Of a stretch of DNA of 54,255 bases, positions 36,649-45,752 are shown piece by piece (the stretch's first letter is position 1; every line of letters starts with the position of its first letter). This stretch comes from Candidatus Uhrbacteria bacterium. Its GTDB lineage: Bacteria; Patescibacteriota; Patescibacteriia; UBA9934; GWF2-40-263. A program made the translations under genes and the position numbers. The notes under the pieces are model-generated. The model had not been told where the DNA came from, did not search any database, and saw only the letters and a program-made list of their open reading frames with translations. Where the stretch lies: contig CAIMOJ010000027.1 in assembly GCA_903843045.1 (NCBI GenBank), positions 1 through 54,255 of the forward strand. Direction: 5' to 3'.

Positions 36649-37389
36649 ATGCGCACACTGATCCTTTCCCCCCTGGTCCTCGCGGCCGTCGGCTGCAACC
36701 CTTCCGTCGTCGGCATCAAGCTCGATGACACCGGCTGCACCGGCTGCTCCGGCGACACCGACGCGGATACCGACACCGACACGGACACTGACGCCGACAG
36801 CGACGCGGACACCGACACGGGCACGGCGGACCCGAACGACGTCGACAACGACGGCGACGGTTACACCGAGAACGGCGGCGACTGCAACGACGCGGACGCC
36901 TCCGTCTGTCCCGGCGCGACCGACACCGCGGGTGACGGCATCGACCAGGACTGCAGCGGGGCCGACGCGTCCAGCTCGGATCCGTACGCGGACTACACCT
37001 GGGTCGACGGCGACAGCCTCTGCTTCTCCACGGACGGGTTCAACTTCCCGTACGACGAGGCCGCGGCCTACGCGGTCGGCTACGGCACCGGCATGGACTG
37101 GACCCTCAAGGCCAGCCACGCGGTCTCCCCGGTCGACAGCAGCGACTGCGTCGACACGAGCGCGTGGGAGTACGACACGTACACCATCACCCTGATCTCC
37201 TCGCTGCAGAGCGACGGGTCCCTCACGACCAGCTACGCCGACACCGGCGACTGGTGGGACAACTTCGACTTCTGCACGTCGGGCTTCCCGACGGCGCTGA
37301 GCTTCTGCACCGAGATGGAGGATGGCAACTACCTCGTCTCCGTCTCGAAGACGACGGAGGGCCTCGTCCCCGCGGGCGACGGCTCCTAG
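36649..37389 (+). CDS. Lipoprotein with DT/DA repeats and one MopE-type motif
   Basis: AAGGAG SD; lipobox LAAVGC; DTDADTDTDTDTDAD tract; DCNDADASVCPGATDTAGDGIDQDCSG. Confidence 0.8.
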   Translation: MRTLILSPLVLAAVGCNPSVVGIKLDDTGCTGCSGDTDADTDTDTDTDADSDADTDTGTADPNDVDNDGDGYTENGGDCNDADASVCPGATDTAGDGIDQDCSGADASSSDPYADYTWVDGDSLCFSTDGFNFPYDEAAAYAVGYGTGMDWTLKASHAVSPVDSSDCVDTSAWEYDTYTITLISSLQSDGSLTTSYADTGDWWDNFDFCTSGFPTALSFCTEMEDGNYLVSVSKTTEGLVPAGDGS

Positions 37390-37505
37390 TCGTCGCGGTT
37401 CACGGCGTTGAGCGCTAGGTAACAGGGACAACCGAACAACCGGCCCATCGGCATTCCGCCGATCCTCTCCAGCTCCCGGTGTGGGACGAAGGACTGCTTC
37501 CTAGC

Positions 37506-37540
37506 GCTCCTCGCCCACCGCGGGAGCTCTTTTTTATTTT
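37506..37540 (+). terminator. Terminator of MopE-motif gene 2
   Basis: GCTCC...GGAGC stem then T-rich run. Confidence 0.6.
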
Positions 37541-37553
37541 GCTACGGCAAAAT

Positions 37554-37721
37554 TTGCGAATAACGAATTAGTTACTTATTACACATATGCAACGTATTGG
37601 AACGAATGGGTACAAATTCGTCCGTTCGTTTTTTCGTTCTCGCGTCTTTCCCGTTCGAATACGTAGCATCTGTAGCAATACGTTGCATATGTGTAATAAG
37701 TAACTAATTCGTTATTCGCAA
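37554..37721. repeat. AT-rich 168-bp element with perfect 46-bp terminal inverted repeats
   Basis: 37554-37599 is the exact reverse complement of 37676-37721; 76-bp spacer. Confidence 0.93.
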
Positions 37722-37778
37722 CCCCGCCCCCTCCAACCCCTATCTTTTCTCCCCCCAACATGCTATCCTCCCCCAGTT

Positions 37779-40403
37779 ATGCCTCTCTTCCCCCCACAAC
37801 TCCTCCGAGAAATCGCAACCCCTGAGTCTTTTCGACGTGGGAAGACGTACGTGGAGGATGGCGCGGTTGAGAACGTGGAACTGTCGCGGACGGCTTCGGG
37901 GAAGATCAAGATCACGGGGACCGTCTACGGCAGCGTCTCGTATCACACGAGCATGATCGTGGACGGCGACGCGTTCGAGGTGGAGTCGTACGACTGCGAC
38001 TGCCCGTATTCGCAGGGCGGGGCGTGCAAGCACGTGGTCGCGCTCGGGCTCGTGGCTGCCCGTCGGTCCGTCGTGCCCGAGAAGGCGCCGCCGACGCGAA
38101 CGTCGAAACTGTCCGCGGCTGATGCCGATCTCCTTGAGACGCTCCGTGCCCACGCGGCAAAGCGAGGGGTCGTGCTCGACGACGTGAGCGCGGCGAAGGC
38201 GGCGAAGCACCTTGAGAAATTGCTGGTGACCCATGGGTCCGGAAACGTCTCGGCTTCGCGGAAGCCACCGCAGGAATACGTGCTCGGACGCATCGAGCTC
38301 TCGTTTTCGTATAACCGCGTGAAGGACCTGATCCTCGCAAAGGCCACGGCGGCATACGGTCCGCTTGTCTATCCGGTGGAGACCGGATGGCCGGTGGAGG
38401 GAGAAGAGGACGGAAGGCACGTGGCGCTGCGCGACTGGCACGAGGAACGGTCGGCACGCGTGGCGCTTGAGAACGAGGGATTTTTCTCGATGGGGAAGGG
38501 GACGTTCGAGCTGCCGGCCGAGGAGGCATTTGAGTTTTTGCGCGACGGGATGTCGCGGCTTTCGGAGACGTACGCGATTCTGGTCGACGAGGCATTCCAG
38601 TCATTGTCGACGATCCGCACGGCCGAGGTTACTTCGGACTGGGACTTTGGCGAGTCGTCGGGGACGGACTGGCTTTCGTTCTCCGTCGATTGGAAGTGCG
38701 GCGACCGTCCGCTGACCCCCGTCGAAATTTCCGGACTCGCTTCGGGCTACGGGAAATTCATCCGCGCGGCCGACGGGTCGTTCGTGGAAATTTCGAACCA
38801 GGATCTCATCCGCCGCATGGCCGAGGTGGCGGACGTCACTGGCCGCCAGACGATCACGCGCGCGCGGGCGATCGAGCTCGCGCTGCTTGCGGGCGAGACG
38901 TCCGGGATTCGAATGCGCGAGACGACCGAATCGATCGCGTCGTTCCTTCGCGATGCGAAGGAAGGGAAGCTGATCGGGGATCCGGAGATTCCAAAGGCGA
39001 TCGGCACGGTTCTTCGGCCGTACCAGCGCGATTCCGTCGCATGGGCATTGTTTTTGAGGAAGTATCGCTTCGGAGGGGTTCTGGCCGATGACATGGGCCT
39101 TGGAAAGACGCTTCAGGCACTTGCGATCATCTCGACGGAACGCGTGGCCGGGACGCCGCCGTCGCTTGTCATTTGTCCGAAGACGCTGATCTCGACATGG
39201 GTCGCGGAGTCCAAGCGGTTTACGCCGGACCTCAGGGTCGTCGCGGTCGAAGGAAATGCAAGGGAGCGCAAGGCCGTTCTCGAGCGCGCGGCGTCGACCG
39301 ACCTGTTTGTCACGTCGTACTCGCTTTTCCAGCGCGACGCGAAGCTGTATCAGAAGATCCCGATGCACTACGCGATTCTCGACGAGGCGCAGTATGTGAA
39401 GAACTCGAAGACCGCGACCGCGCTTGCCGTCAAGACACTGAAGGCAAGCCACCGGCTGGCGCTGACCGGAACCCCTCTGGAGAATGGCGTTCACGAGCTG
39501 TGGTCGCTCTTCGATTTCCTGATGCCGGGACTGCTTGGTGATCAGAAAATGTTCAAGACGACGTTCGAGCGGCCGATCAAGGAGTTCGGCGACAATGAGA
39601 GGCTTCAGACGTTGAAGCGTCGCGTGAAGCCGTTCCTCCTGCGTCGCACGAAGGAATCCGTGGCGCCCGAGCTGCCGCCGCGCATCGAGCAGAACGACTG
39701 GTGCGAGCTGACGGAGGTTCAGGCGTCGCTGTACGCGGAGGTGCTGGCTTCGACGCGACGCGACGTGTTCGAGGCGGTCGAGAAGAAGGGGTTCAACCGG
39801 TCGCGCATCGAAATTCTGGCCGCGCTGACGAGGCTTCGACAGGTGTGCAACCATCCGGCTCTGGTCGACAAGCGTTTGTCGAAGGGGGAGGACGTTTCGG
39901 GAAAATTGGCGTACGCGCTCGAGCTGCTTCGCGAGGCGGCCGACGGAGGCCACAAGGTCCTGTTGTTCAGCCAGTTCACGAGCATGCTCGACCTGATTCG
40001 TCCGGAACTCGACAAGATGGGAATCGGCCACGTGACGATCGAGGGAAAGACCAAGGATCGCGCCGGAGTCGTCGATCAATTTCGTAACGACCCGACCAAG
40101 CACGTTTTTCTTCTGTCTCTCCGCGCCGCCGGAACGGGCCTGACCCTCACCGAGGCCGATACCGTCGTCCTCTACGATCCTTGGTGGAACCCGATGGTCG
40201 AACGCCAGGCCATGGATCGCGCGCACCGCATCGGCCAGACCAAGTCCGTGAACGTCCACAAGCTGGTGACGAAGGGAACGATCGAGGAAAAGGTCCTTGC
40301 GCTCCAGGAAAAGAAGAAGGCGATCTTCGATGCGGTCGTTTCGGATTCCGCCGAGGGGTTGAAGGGTTTGACCTGGGAGGACGTGCAAGTACTTTTCGCT
40401 TAA
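37779..40403 (+). CDS. SWIM zinc finger plus SNF2-family helicase/ATPase
   Basis: CDCPYSQGGACKH (SWIM), LADDMGLGKT, ILDEAQYVKN, ALTGTPLEN, LFSQFT, AAGTGLTLT, QAMDRAHRIGQ; TGcTATCCT-N9-ATG. Confidence 0.93.
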   Translation: MPLFPPQLLREIATPESFRRGKTYVEDGAVENVELSRTASGKIKITGTVYGSVSYHTSMIVDGDAFEVESYDCDCPYSQGGACKHVVALGLVAARRSVVPEKAPPTRTSKLSAADADLLETLRAHAAKRGVVLDDVSAAKAAKHLEKLLVTHGSGNVSASRKPPQEYVLGRIELSFSYNRVKDLILAKATAAYGPLVYPVETGWPVEGEEDGRHVALRDWHEERSARVALENEGFFSMGKGTFELPAEEAFEFLRDGMSRLSETYAILVDEAFQSLSTIRTAEVTSDWDFGESSGTDWLSFSVDWKCGDRPLTPVEISGLASGYGKFIRAADGSFVEISNQDLIRRMAEVADVTGRQTITRARAIELALLAGETSGIRMRETTESIASFLRDAKEGKLIGDPEIPKAIGTVLRPYQRDSVAWALFLRKYRFGGVLADDMGLGKTLQALAIISTERVAGTPPSLVICPKTLISTWVAESKRFTPDLRVVAVEGNARERKAVLERAASTDLFVTSYSLFQRDAKLYQKIPMHYAILDEAQYVKNSKTATALAVKTLKASHRLALTGTPLENGVHELWSLFDFLMPGLLGDQKMFKTTFERPIKEFGDNERLQTLKRRVKPFLLRRTKESVAPELPPRIEQNDWCELTEVQASLYAEVLASTRRDVFEAVEKKGFNRSRIEILAALTRLRQVCNHPALVDKRLSKGEDVSGKLAYALELLREAADGGHKVLLFSQFTSMLDLIRPELDKMGIGHVTIEGKTKDRAGVVDQFRNDPTKHVFLLSLRAAGTGLTLTEADTVVLYDPWWNPMVERQAMDRAHRIGQTKSVNVHKLVTKGTIEEKVLALQEKKKAIFDAVVSDSAEGLKGLTWEDVQVLFA

Positions 40404-40429
40404 GTTAGCCATTTAATAAGGCGCGGGGA

Positions 40430-40458
40430 TTGACAAACCCGCGTTTTTATGATATCTT
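40430..40458 (+). promoter_or_regulatory. Promoter of MopE-motif gene 3
   Basis: TTGACA-N17-TATCTT with TG extension. Confidence 0.75.
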
Positions 40459-40596
40459 TGTCCACTAACCTGTTGCCGGGCTTGGGATCCAAACCATGGA
40501 TCTTATGCCTGGCCACATGGTGTGGTCAGCTGTGATTTTGTCAGAAACAAACGGTCTTTCGACCACCACGCCTGGAAACAGGCAAAGGAGCTAACC

Positions 40597-41982
40597 ATGC
40601 TCATCCTCCTCGCCCTTCTGGGCTGCGCCCCCTCCGTCATGCCCTCCAACAACGTCGTCGACACCGGGTCCGTCCCGAGTGACACCGGCACGGACACGGG
40701 CGCGACGAACGACAGTGACAACGACACCGGTTCCGACACGGCGACCGACAGCGGTACCGACTCCGCCGACAGCGGCGCCGGCACGGACACCGGCGCGGCG
40801 GACACCGACACGACCGACAGCGGCGGAACGGACAGCGGGTCCGACACCGGCGCGGCGGACACGGACACCGGCGTCGCCGACACGGACACCGGCACGGCGG
40901 ACACGGACAGCGGCGGAACGGACAGCGGGTCCGACACCGGCACGGTCGACACCGGCGTGGACTGCGGGACGTACGTCTCGAGCTGCGACGGGACCGTCGT
41001 GAGCTGGTGCGAGGGATCCGCGGTCCTCACGTACGACTGCGCGGACGCCGGCAGCTACGAGTGCAGCGATGCCTCGGGCACTGCCGAGTGCGTCTACGTC
41101 GAGACCGACGCGGACCTCGACGGCGTCACCGTCGAGGAAGGCGACTGCGACGACGCGGACGCCACGGTCTACCCCGGCGCCCCAGAGATCGCCGACGACG
41201 GCGTCGACCAGGACTGCTCGGGCGCCGACGAGGTCACGCTCGAGGACGACGTCGACGGCGACGGGTACGGCGTGTCCGAGGACTGCGACGACACGAACCC
41301 CTCGGTCAATCCGGGCGCCGTCGAGACCTGCAACGGGATCGACGACGACTGCGACGCGAGCATCGACGAGGGCCTCACCGGCACCTGGTATGCGGACGCC
41401 GACGGCGACGCGTTCGGAGATGCGGACACGTTCGTGACCGGGGCCTGCTCGGCGGCGAGCGGCTACGTCGCGGACAGCTCCGATTGCGACGACTCCGAGA
41501 TCGACGTCCACCCGGGCGCGGCCGAGATCCCGGACGACGGGATCGACCAGGACTGCGACGGCAGCGACGCCACCATGGCCGAGCTGCAGGACGTTGCGGT
41601 CTGCTCGTCCGGCCAGGAAGCCTGCTTCCGGGACGTCGATGGGAACGGGTCGTACGAGACCCTGCTGATGGACGAGGCCCAGATCTACGGGATGCCGGCG
41701 ACCGCCGAAGTCTACGAGAACGGGTCGGGCACCGGGTGCGGGCTCAGCGGCGACAGCGTCGGCAGCAATGCCGCCGGCTACTACGTCGTCTCGTTCGAAG
41801 GGCTCTCGAGCTGCACCTCCCAGGTGTCGGTCGTGAGCACCAGCGGGTCCTCGACCTACTGGTGGCAGAACTACACGTTCTGTACCGACGGTAGCGACTC
41901 CCAGGGGATCTGCGTGGCCACGGGCACGTTCGACTTCCTGATCGAGATCGACTACCGGAGCTCGACGGGCCTGCGGTTCTAG
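40597..41982 (+). CDS. Lipoprotein with DTG/DSG tract and three MopE-type motifs
   Basis: AAGGAG SD; MLILLALLGC lipobox; three DCDD-x-PGA-E-x-DG-D-DC units. Confidence 0.82.
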   Translation: MLILLALLGCAPSVMPSNNVVDTGSVPSDTGTDTGATNDSDNDTGSDTATDSGTDSADSGAGTDTGAADTDTTDSGGTDSGSDTGAADTDTGVADTDTGTADTDSGGTDSGSDTGTVDTGVDCGTYVSSCDGTVVSWCEGSAVLTYDCADAGSYECSDASGTAECVYVETDADLDGVTVEEGDCDDADATVYPGAPEIADDGVDQDCSGADEVTLEDDVDGDGYGVSEDCDDTNPSVNPGAVETCNGIDDDCDASIDEGLTGTWYADADGDAFGDADTFVTGACSAASGYVADSSDCDDSEIDVHPGAAEIPDDGIDQDCDGSDATMAELQDVAVCSSGQEACFRDVDGNGSYETLLMDEAQIYGMPATAEVYENGSGTGCGLSGDSVGSNAAGYYVVSFEGLSSCTSQVSVVSTSGSSTYWWQNYTFCTDGSDSQGICVATGTFDFLIEIDYRSSTGLRF

Positions 41983-42049
41983 CCCGCACGAAAGGCGTCC
42001 GCATGATGGGACGCAGCGAAGGCAGGCTAAGGAGAGGACAACCACTCTG

Positions 42050-42111
42050 CGCTCCCGACAGGGAAGAGCCGCTCGCTGCGCTCCCGTCCTGTCGGGAGCG
42101 TCTTTCTTTTT
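42050..42111 (+). terminator. Terminator of MopE-motif gene 3
   Basis: CGCTCCCGACAGG / CCTGTCGGGAGCG 13-bp stem then T-rich run. Confidence 0.7.
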
Positions 42112-42124
42112 CCTGGCGTTTCTA

Positions 42125-42153
42125 TTGACAAAGTTCCAGGATCATGATATTAA
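42125..42153 (+). promoter_or_regulatory. Promoter of MopE-motif gene 4
   Basis: TTGACA-N17-TATTAA with TG extension. Confidence 0.65.
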
Positions 42154-42271
42154 TACCACTCGTTTTGGCTGGGAAACCGTGCCAAACGCGAGAAATCAGG
42201 CCCGTTCTTCGGACAATATCACCGGCTGCGGGCCTGACCGTAGCTTCTTCACCCCCCTCACGGAGGATCCA

Positions 42272-43960
42272 ATGCGGATCTATTTCTTGGCTCAGCGTTG
42301 TTTCGCCCTGCTCGTACTCCTGTTGTTTTCCGGCTGCTACTTCATCGGAAATCCCGACGGCGACACGCTGTCCGGGCTGGCCGACTGCAACCCGAACTCG
42401 GACGTTGCGTGCGACAAGGTCGACACCGACGCGGACACCGACGCCGACGCGGACACCGACGCCGATTCCGACGCGGACACCGACACCGACACCAACGTCG
42501 AGACCGGCGACACCGGGGAGACCGGCGACACGGACACGGGCGTTCCGTGCGAGACGTCGACCTGGCATCCGGACTCGGACGGCGACGGCTACGGCGACCC
42601 CGCGACCAGCGCGGAGGCCTGCGACCAACCCGACGGCTACGTGGCCGACGGCACGGACTGCGACGACGCCAGCGCCGACACCTACCCCGGCGCGGCCGAG
42701 CGGTGCGACCTGCAGGACAACGACTGCGACGGCCTGGCCGACGAGAACCTCTCGGAGTCCTGGTACTCCGACTCGGACAACGACGGGTTCGGCGACGAGT
42801 TCGCGAACGTCGACGTGGCCTGCGACGGAACGACCGGCGACCTCGTGGCCGCGCGTGACAGCGACGGCGACGGCGCGGCCGACTTCGACTGCGACGACAG
42901 CAACGCCACGGTCAACCCGCTCGCCGAAGAGGTGTGCGACGAGGCCGACAACGACTGCGACGGCTCGATCGACGAGTCCGGCGCGTTCGGCGAGACGACC
43001 TGGTACGCGGACGCCGACGGCGACGGCTACGGAGCCGGGGCCATGGTGGCCGAGGCCTGCGACGGCGCCTACACGCGCCCCGCCAACGTGTCGAGCCTCG
43101 ACACGGACTGCGACGACGCGCTGAGCGCGACCAACCCGGGCGCGGCTGAGATCTGCGATGGCGCCGACAACGACTGCGACGGCGCGGTGCCGAGCGACGA
43201 GGCGGACCTCGATGGCGACGGCTACAACGTCTGCGCCGGCCTGGACTGCGACGATACATCCGCGGACGCCTACCCGGGCGCCCACGAGAGCTGCGACGGC
43301 GCCGACAACGACTGCGACGGCACCGTCGACGAGAGCGACGCGAGCGACGTGGCCACCTGGTACGTCGACGTCGACGGCGACGGCTACGGCGACGCGGGCA
43401 CGAGCTTCGTCTCGTGCGACGCGCCGATCGGCTACGTGGCCGACGCCAGCGACTGCGATGACTCGGACGCCGCGGTCAACCCCGGTGCGCACGAGGTCTG
43501 CAACGAGATCGACGACGACTGCGACGGCGACGTCGACGTCGCGGCCGAGGATGCCACGGTGTGGTCCACGGACCTCGACGGCGACGGCTACGGTGACGAC
43601 ACCTACGCCAGCTGGCTTGCCTCGTGCGAACAGCCCGACGGCTACGTGGCCGACTTCTCGGACTGCGACGACTCGGACGCGGCGGTCAGCCCGAACGCGG
43701 CCGAGGTGTACGCCAACCTCGTGGACGACGACTGCAACGGGATCGTCGACGACAGCGGGCTCACCTGCTTCCCGGATGCCGACAACGACACGTACGGCGC
43801 CCCGACCGGCGGGATCTACGAGCCCACCGGCGTGTGCGGTACCGCGGGCTACGTCCCTCGGGACAGCGACTGCGACGACACCAACGCCACCACGAACCCC
43901 TCCCGCGCGGAGGTCTACGGCGACGGCGTCGACAACAACTGCGACGGCAGCACGACCTAA
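42272..43960 (+). CDS. Lipoprotein with seven MopE-type motifs and WYxDxDGDGYG units
   Basis: GGAGG SD; lipobox LFSGC; DTDADTDAD tract; seven DCDD...DC(D/N)G units. Confidence 0.85.
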   Translation: MRIYFLAQRCFALLVLLLFSGCYFIGNPDGDTLSGLADCNPNSDVACDKVDTDADTDADADTDADSDADTDTDTNVETGDTGETGDTDTGVPCETSTWHPDSDGDGYGDPATSAEACDQPDGYVADGTDCDDASADTYPGAAERCDLQDNDCDGLADENLSESWYSDSDNDGFGDEFANVDVACDGTTGDLVAARDSDGDGAADFDCDDSNATVNPLAEEVCDEADNDCDGSIDESGAFGETTWYADADGDGYGAGAMVAEACDGAYTRPANVSSLDTDCDDALSATNPGAAEICDGADNDCDGAVPSDEADLDGDGYNVCAGLDCDDTSADAYPGAHESCDGADNDCDGTVDESDASDVATWYVDVDGDGYGDAGTSFVSCDAPIGYVADASDCDDSDAAVNPGAHEVCNEIDDDCDGDVDVAAEDATVWSTDLDGDGYGDDTYASWLASCEQPDGYVADFSDCDDSDAAVSPNAAEVYANLVDDDCNGIVDDSGLTCFPDADNDTYGAPTGGIYEPTGVCGTAGYVPRDSDCDDTNATTNPSRAEVYGDGVDNNCDGSTT

Positions 43961-43973
43961 GCGGTCACTCCCT

Positions 43974-44005
43974 CCGATCGGCACCCTGCCGGTCGGTTTT
44001 TCTTT
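43974..44005 (+). terminator. Terminator of MopE-motif gene 4
   Basis: CCGATCGGCA / TGCCGGTCGG then T run. Confidence 0.7.
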
Positions 44006-44020
44006 GGCCCGGTCGATCGC

Positions 44021-44049
44021 TTGACACGAATTCAATCCTGTGGCATCAT
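44021..44049 (+). promoter_or_regulatory. Promoter of MopE-motif gene 5
   Basis: TTGACA-N17-CATCAT. Confidence 0.55.
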
Positions 44050-44126
44050 TCCCGCTCCTTCACGTGACTGCCCGGATAAGCCGGCTTTTGCGCGTCGGAG
44101 ACCACCAGACAAAAGGCAAAGACAAA

Positions 44127-45683
44127 ATGCTCAAGACGCTCCTCCTTCCGCTGACCATCGCGCTCGCGCTCACCGGTTGCAACGCCTCGGTCGCCCCCGC
44201 CTCCAGCGACGACAACATCGTGCCCGTCTCCGGCGACATGGGCCCCGACGTCGACGGCGACGGCTACGGCTCGGTCGTCGACTGCAACGACGACGACGTC
44301 AACGTCAACCCCGGCGAGCGGGAGACCATCGGCAACGGGATCGACGACGACTGCGACGGCGACGTCGACTGCGACGACAGCGAGGTGCCGATGACCGACT
44401 ACGGTCTCGACGCCGACCGCGACGGGTACTTCGACGACTTCGACGGCGACGGCGCCGTGGACGTGGTCAAGATGTGCGACGACACGGACGAGAACGCGGC
44501 GAAGATCTCCGCGATGACCGGCGGTTCCGGCGACGTCGAGAGCTTCGACCCGATCGTCTACAGCGGCGACCCCTTCACGGGCTACGTGCTCCCCGACGCC
44601 GACTGCGACGACGCGGACGCCGCCGTCAACCCGATGGCCTCCGAGGTCTGCAACGGGATCGACGACGACTGCGACGGCTCGATCGACGACGGCGCGGACC
44701 TGTCCACCTACTACTGGGACGGGGACATGGACGGCTTCGGCAACGCGAGCATCAGCGCGGACGCCTGCGAGCCGGGCGAAGGCTGGGTGCTCGACAGCAC
44801 CGACTGCGACGACGCGGACGCGACGGTCTACCCCGAGGCCCCCGAGCTCTGCGACGAGCAGGCCAACGACTGCCTGACGGCCGACACCTGGATGCCCGCC
44901 GACGAGACGGATCTCATGGGCACCTGGTACGCCGACGGCGACACCGACGGCTACGGCGACGCGAGCATGCCGACCTCGGCCTGCGCGCAGCCCGAGGGCA
45001 CCGTGGCCGGCGACACCGACTGCGACGACGCCGAATGGGCCATCAACCCCGGCGCCGACGAGCTCTGCGACACGATCGACAACAACTGCGACGGATCGAT
45101 CGACGGCACGGACTCGGTTGACCAGGTCACCCGGTACCGCGACCACGACGGTGACCTGTACGGCGATGAGACCTTCACCGCCACGAGCTGCAACGCGCCG
45201 CTCGGCTACATCGACACGAACGGCGACTGCGACGACAACGCGGCCACCACCTACCCGGGCGCTCCCGAGCTCATGAACGGCATCGACGACAACTGCAACA
45301 CGACCATCGACGATGGCGCGACCTGCAGCATCGAGATCGAGCTGTTCACCGGCGACGCGGGCACCGCGACCATCGACGGCACGGTCAGCAACAACACGGC
45401 CCTCGACGGCAACTGGCAGCCGATGGGCGTCGACGGGGTCAGCGTGTCGAGCACCTCGCTCGGCGGCGACGACTGGTACTACGACGTCATGCTCTCCGAC
45501 TGCCTCGGCTCCGGCGACGACATCCGCGTCGACGCCGCGTTCTCCGACGGCACCTGGGGCTGCGACAGCGTCGGCACCCCGTCCGGCAGCCTCCGCGGCT
45601 GGCAGGACGGCTCGCCCCTCAGCGTCGCCTACTCGGCCGACGACGCCGACGGACACTGCGTCCTCGTCGTGACGAACCCCTAG
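44127..45683 (+). CDS. Lipoprotein with five MopE-type motifs and a C-terminal beta-sandwich-like domain
   Basis: Lipobox ALTGC; five DC(D/N)D...DC units; followed by CCGGCC/GGCCGG-T6 terminator at 45699-45736. Confidence 0.82.
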   Translation: MLKTLLLPLTIALALTGCNASVAPASSDDNIVPVSGDMGPDVDGDGYGSVVDCNDDDVNVNPGERETIGNGIDDDCDGDVDCDDSEVPMTDYGLDADRDGYFDDFDGDGAVDVVKMCDDTDENAAKISAMTGGSGDVESFDPIVYSGDPFTGYVLPDADCDDADAAVNPMASEVCNGIDDDCDGSIDDGADLSTYYWDGDMDGFGNASISADACEPGEGWVLDSTDCDDADATVYPEAPELCDEQANDCLTADTWMPADETDLMGTWYADGDTDGYGDASMPTSACAQPEGTVAGDTDCDDAEWAINPGADELCDTIDNNCDGSIDGTDSVDQVTRYRDHDGDLYGDETFTATSCNAPLGYIDTNGDCDDNAATTYPGAPELMNGIDDNCNTTIDDGATCSIEIELFTGDAGTATIDGTVSNNTALDGNWQPMGVDGVSVSSTSLGGDDWYYDVMLSDCLGSGDDIRVDAAFSDGTWGCDSVGTPSGSLRGWQDGSPLSVAYSADDADGHCVLVVTNP

Positions 45684-45752
45684 TCCCTCGGGACTCCTCC
45701 GGCCCCTGCGCCCACCAGCGCATCGGCCGGTTTTTTGTTATACTGTCTCCGT

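Noticed and set aside
36313-37581. Chromosomal dif site
   Set aside because: Only the XerC-like half matches; the position of the XerD arm (TTATGTTAAAT) is occupied by unrelated sequence in both elements.
36313-37721. Canonical integron attC sites
   Set aside because: AAC/GTT triplets are present, but the arms are perfectly paired (no extrahelical bases or unpaired spacer), the R boxes deviate from RYYYAAC/GTTRRRY, and no intI is present. Kept only as an analogy.
36760-45300. Possible CRISPR array in the highly repetitive GAC-rich region
   Set aside because: Repeats are in-frame codon repeats (Asp/Thr/Cys motifs) of variable sequence, with no constant repeat and unique spacer pattern and no cas genes.
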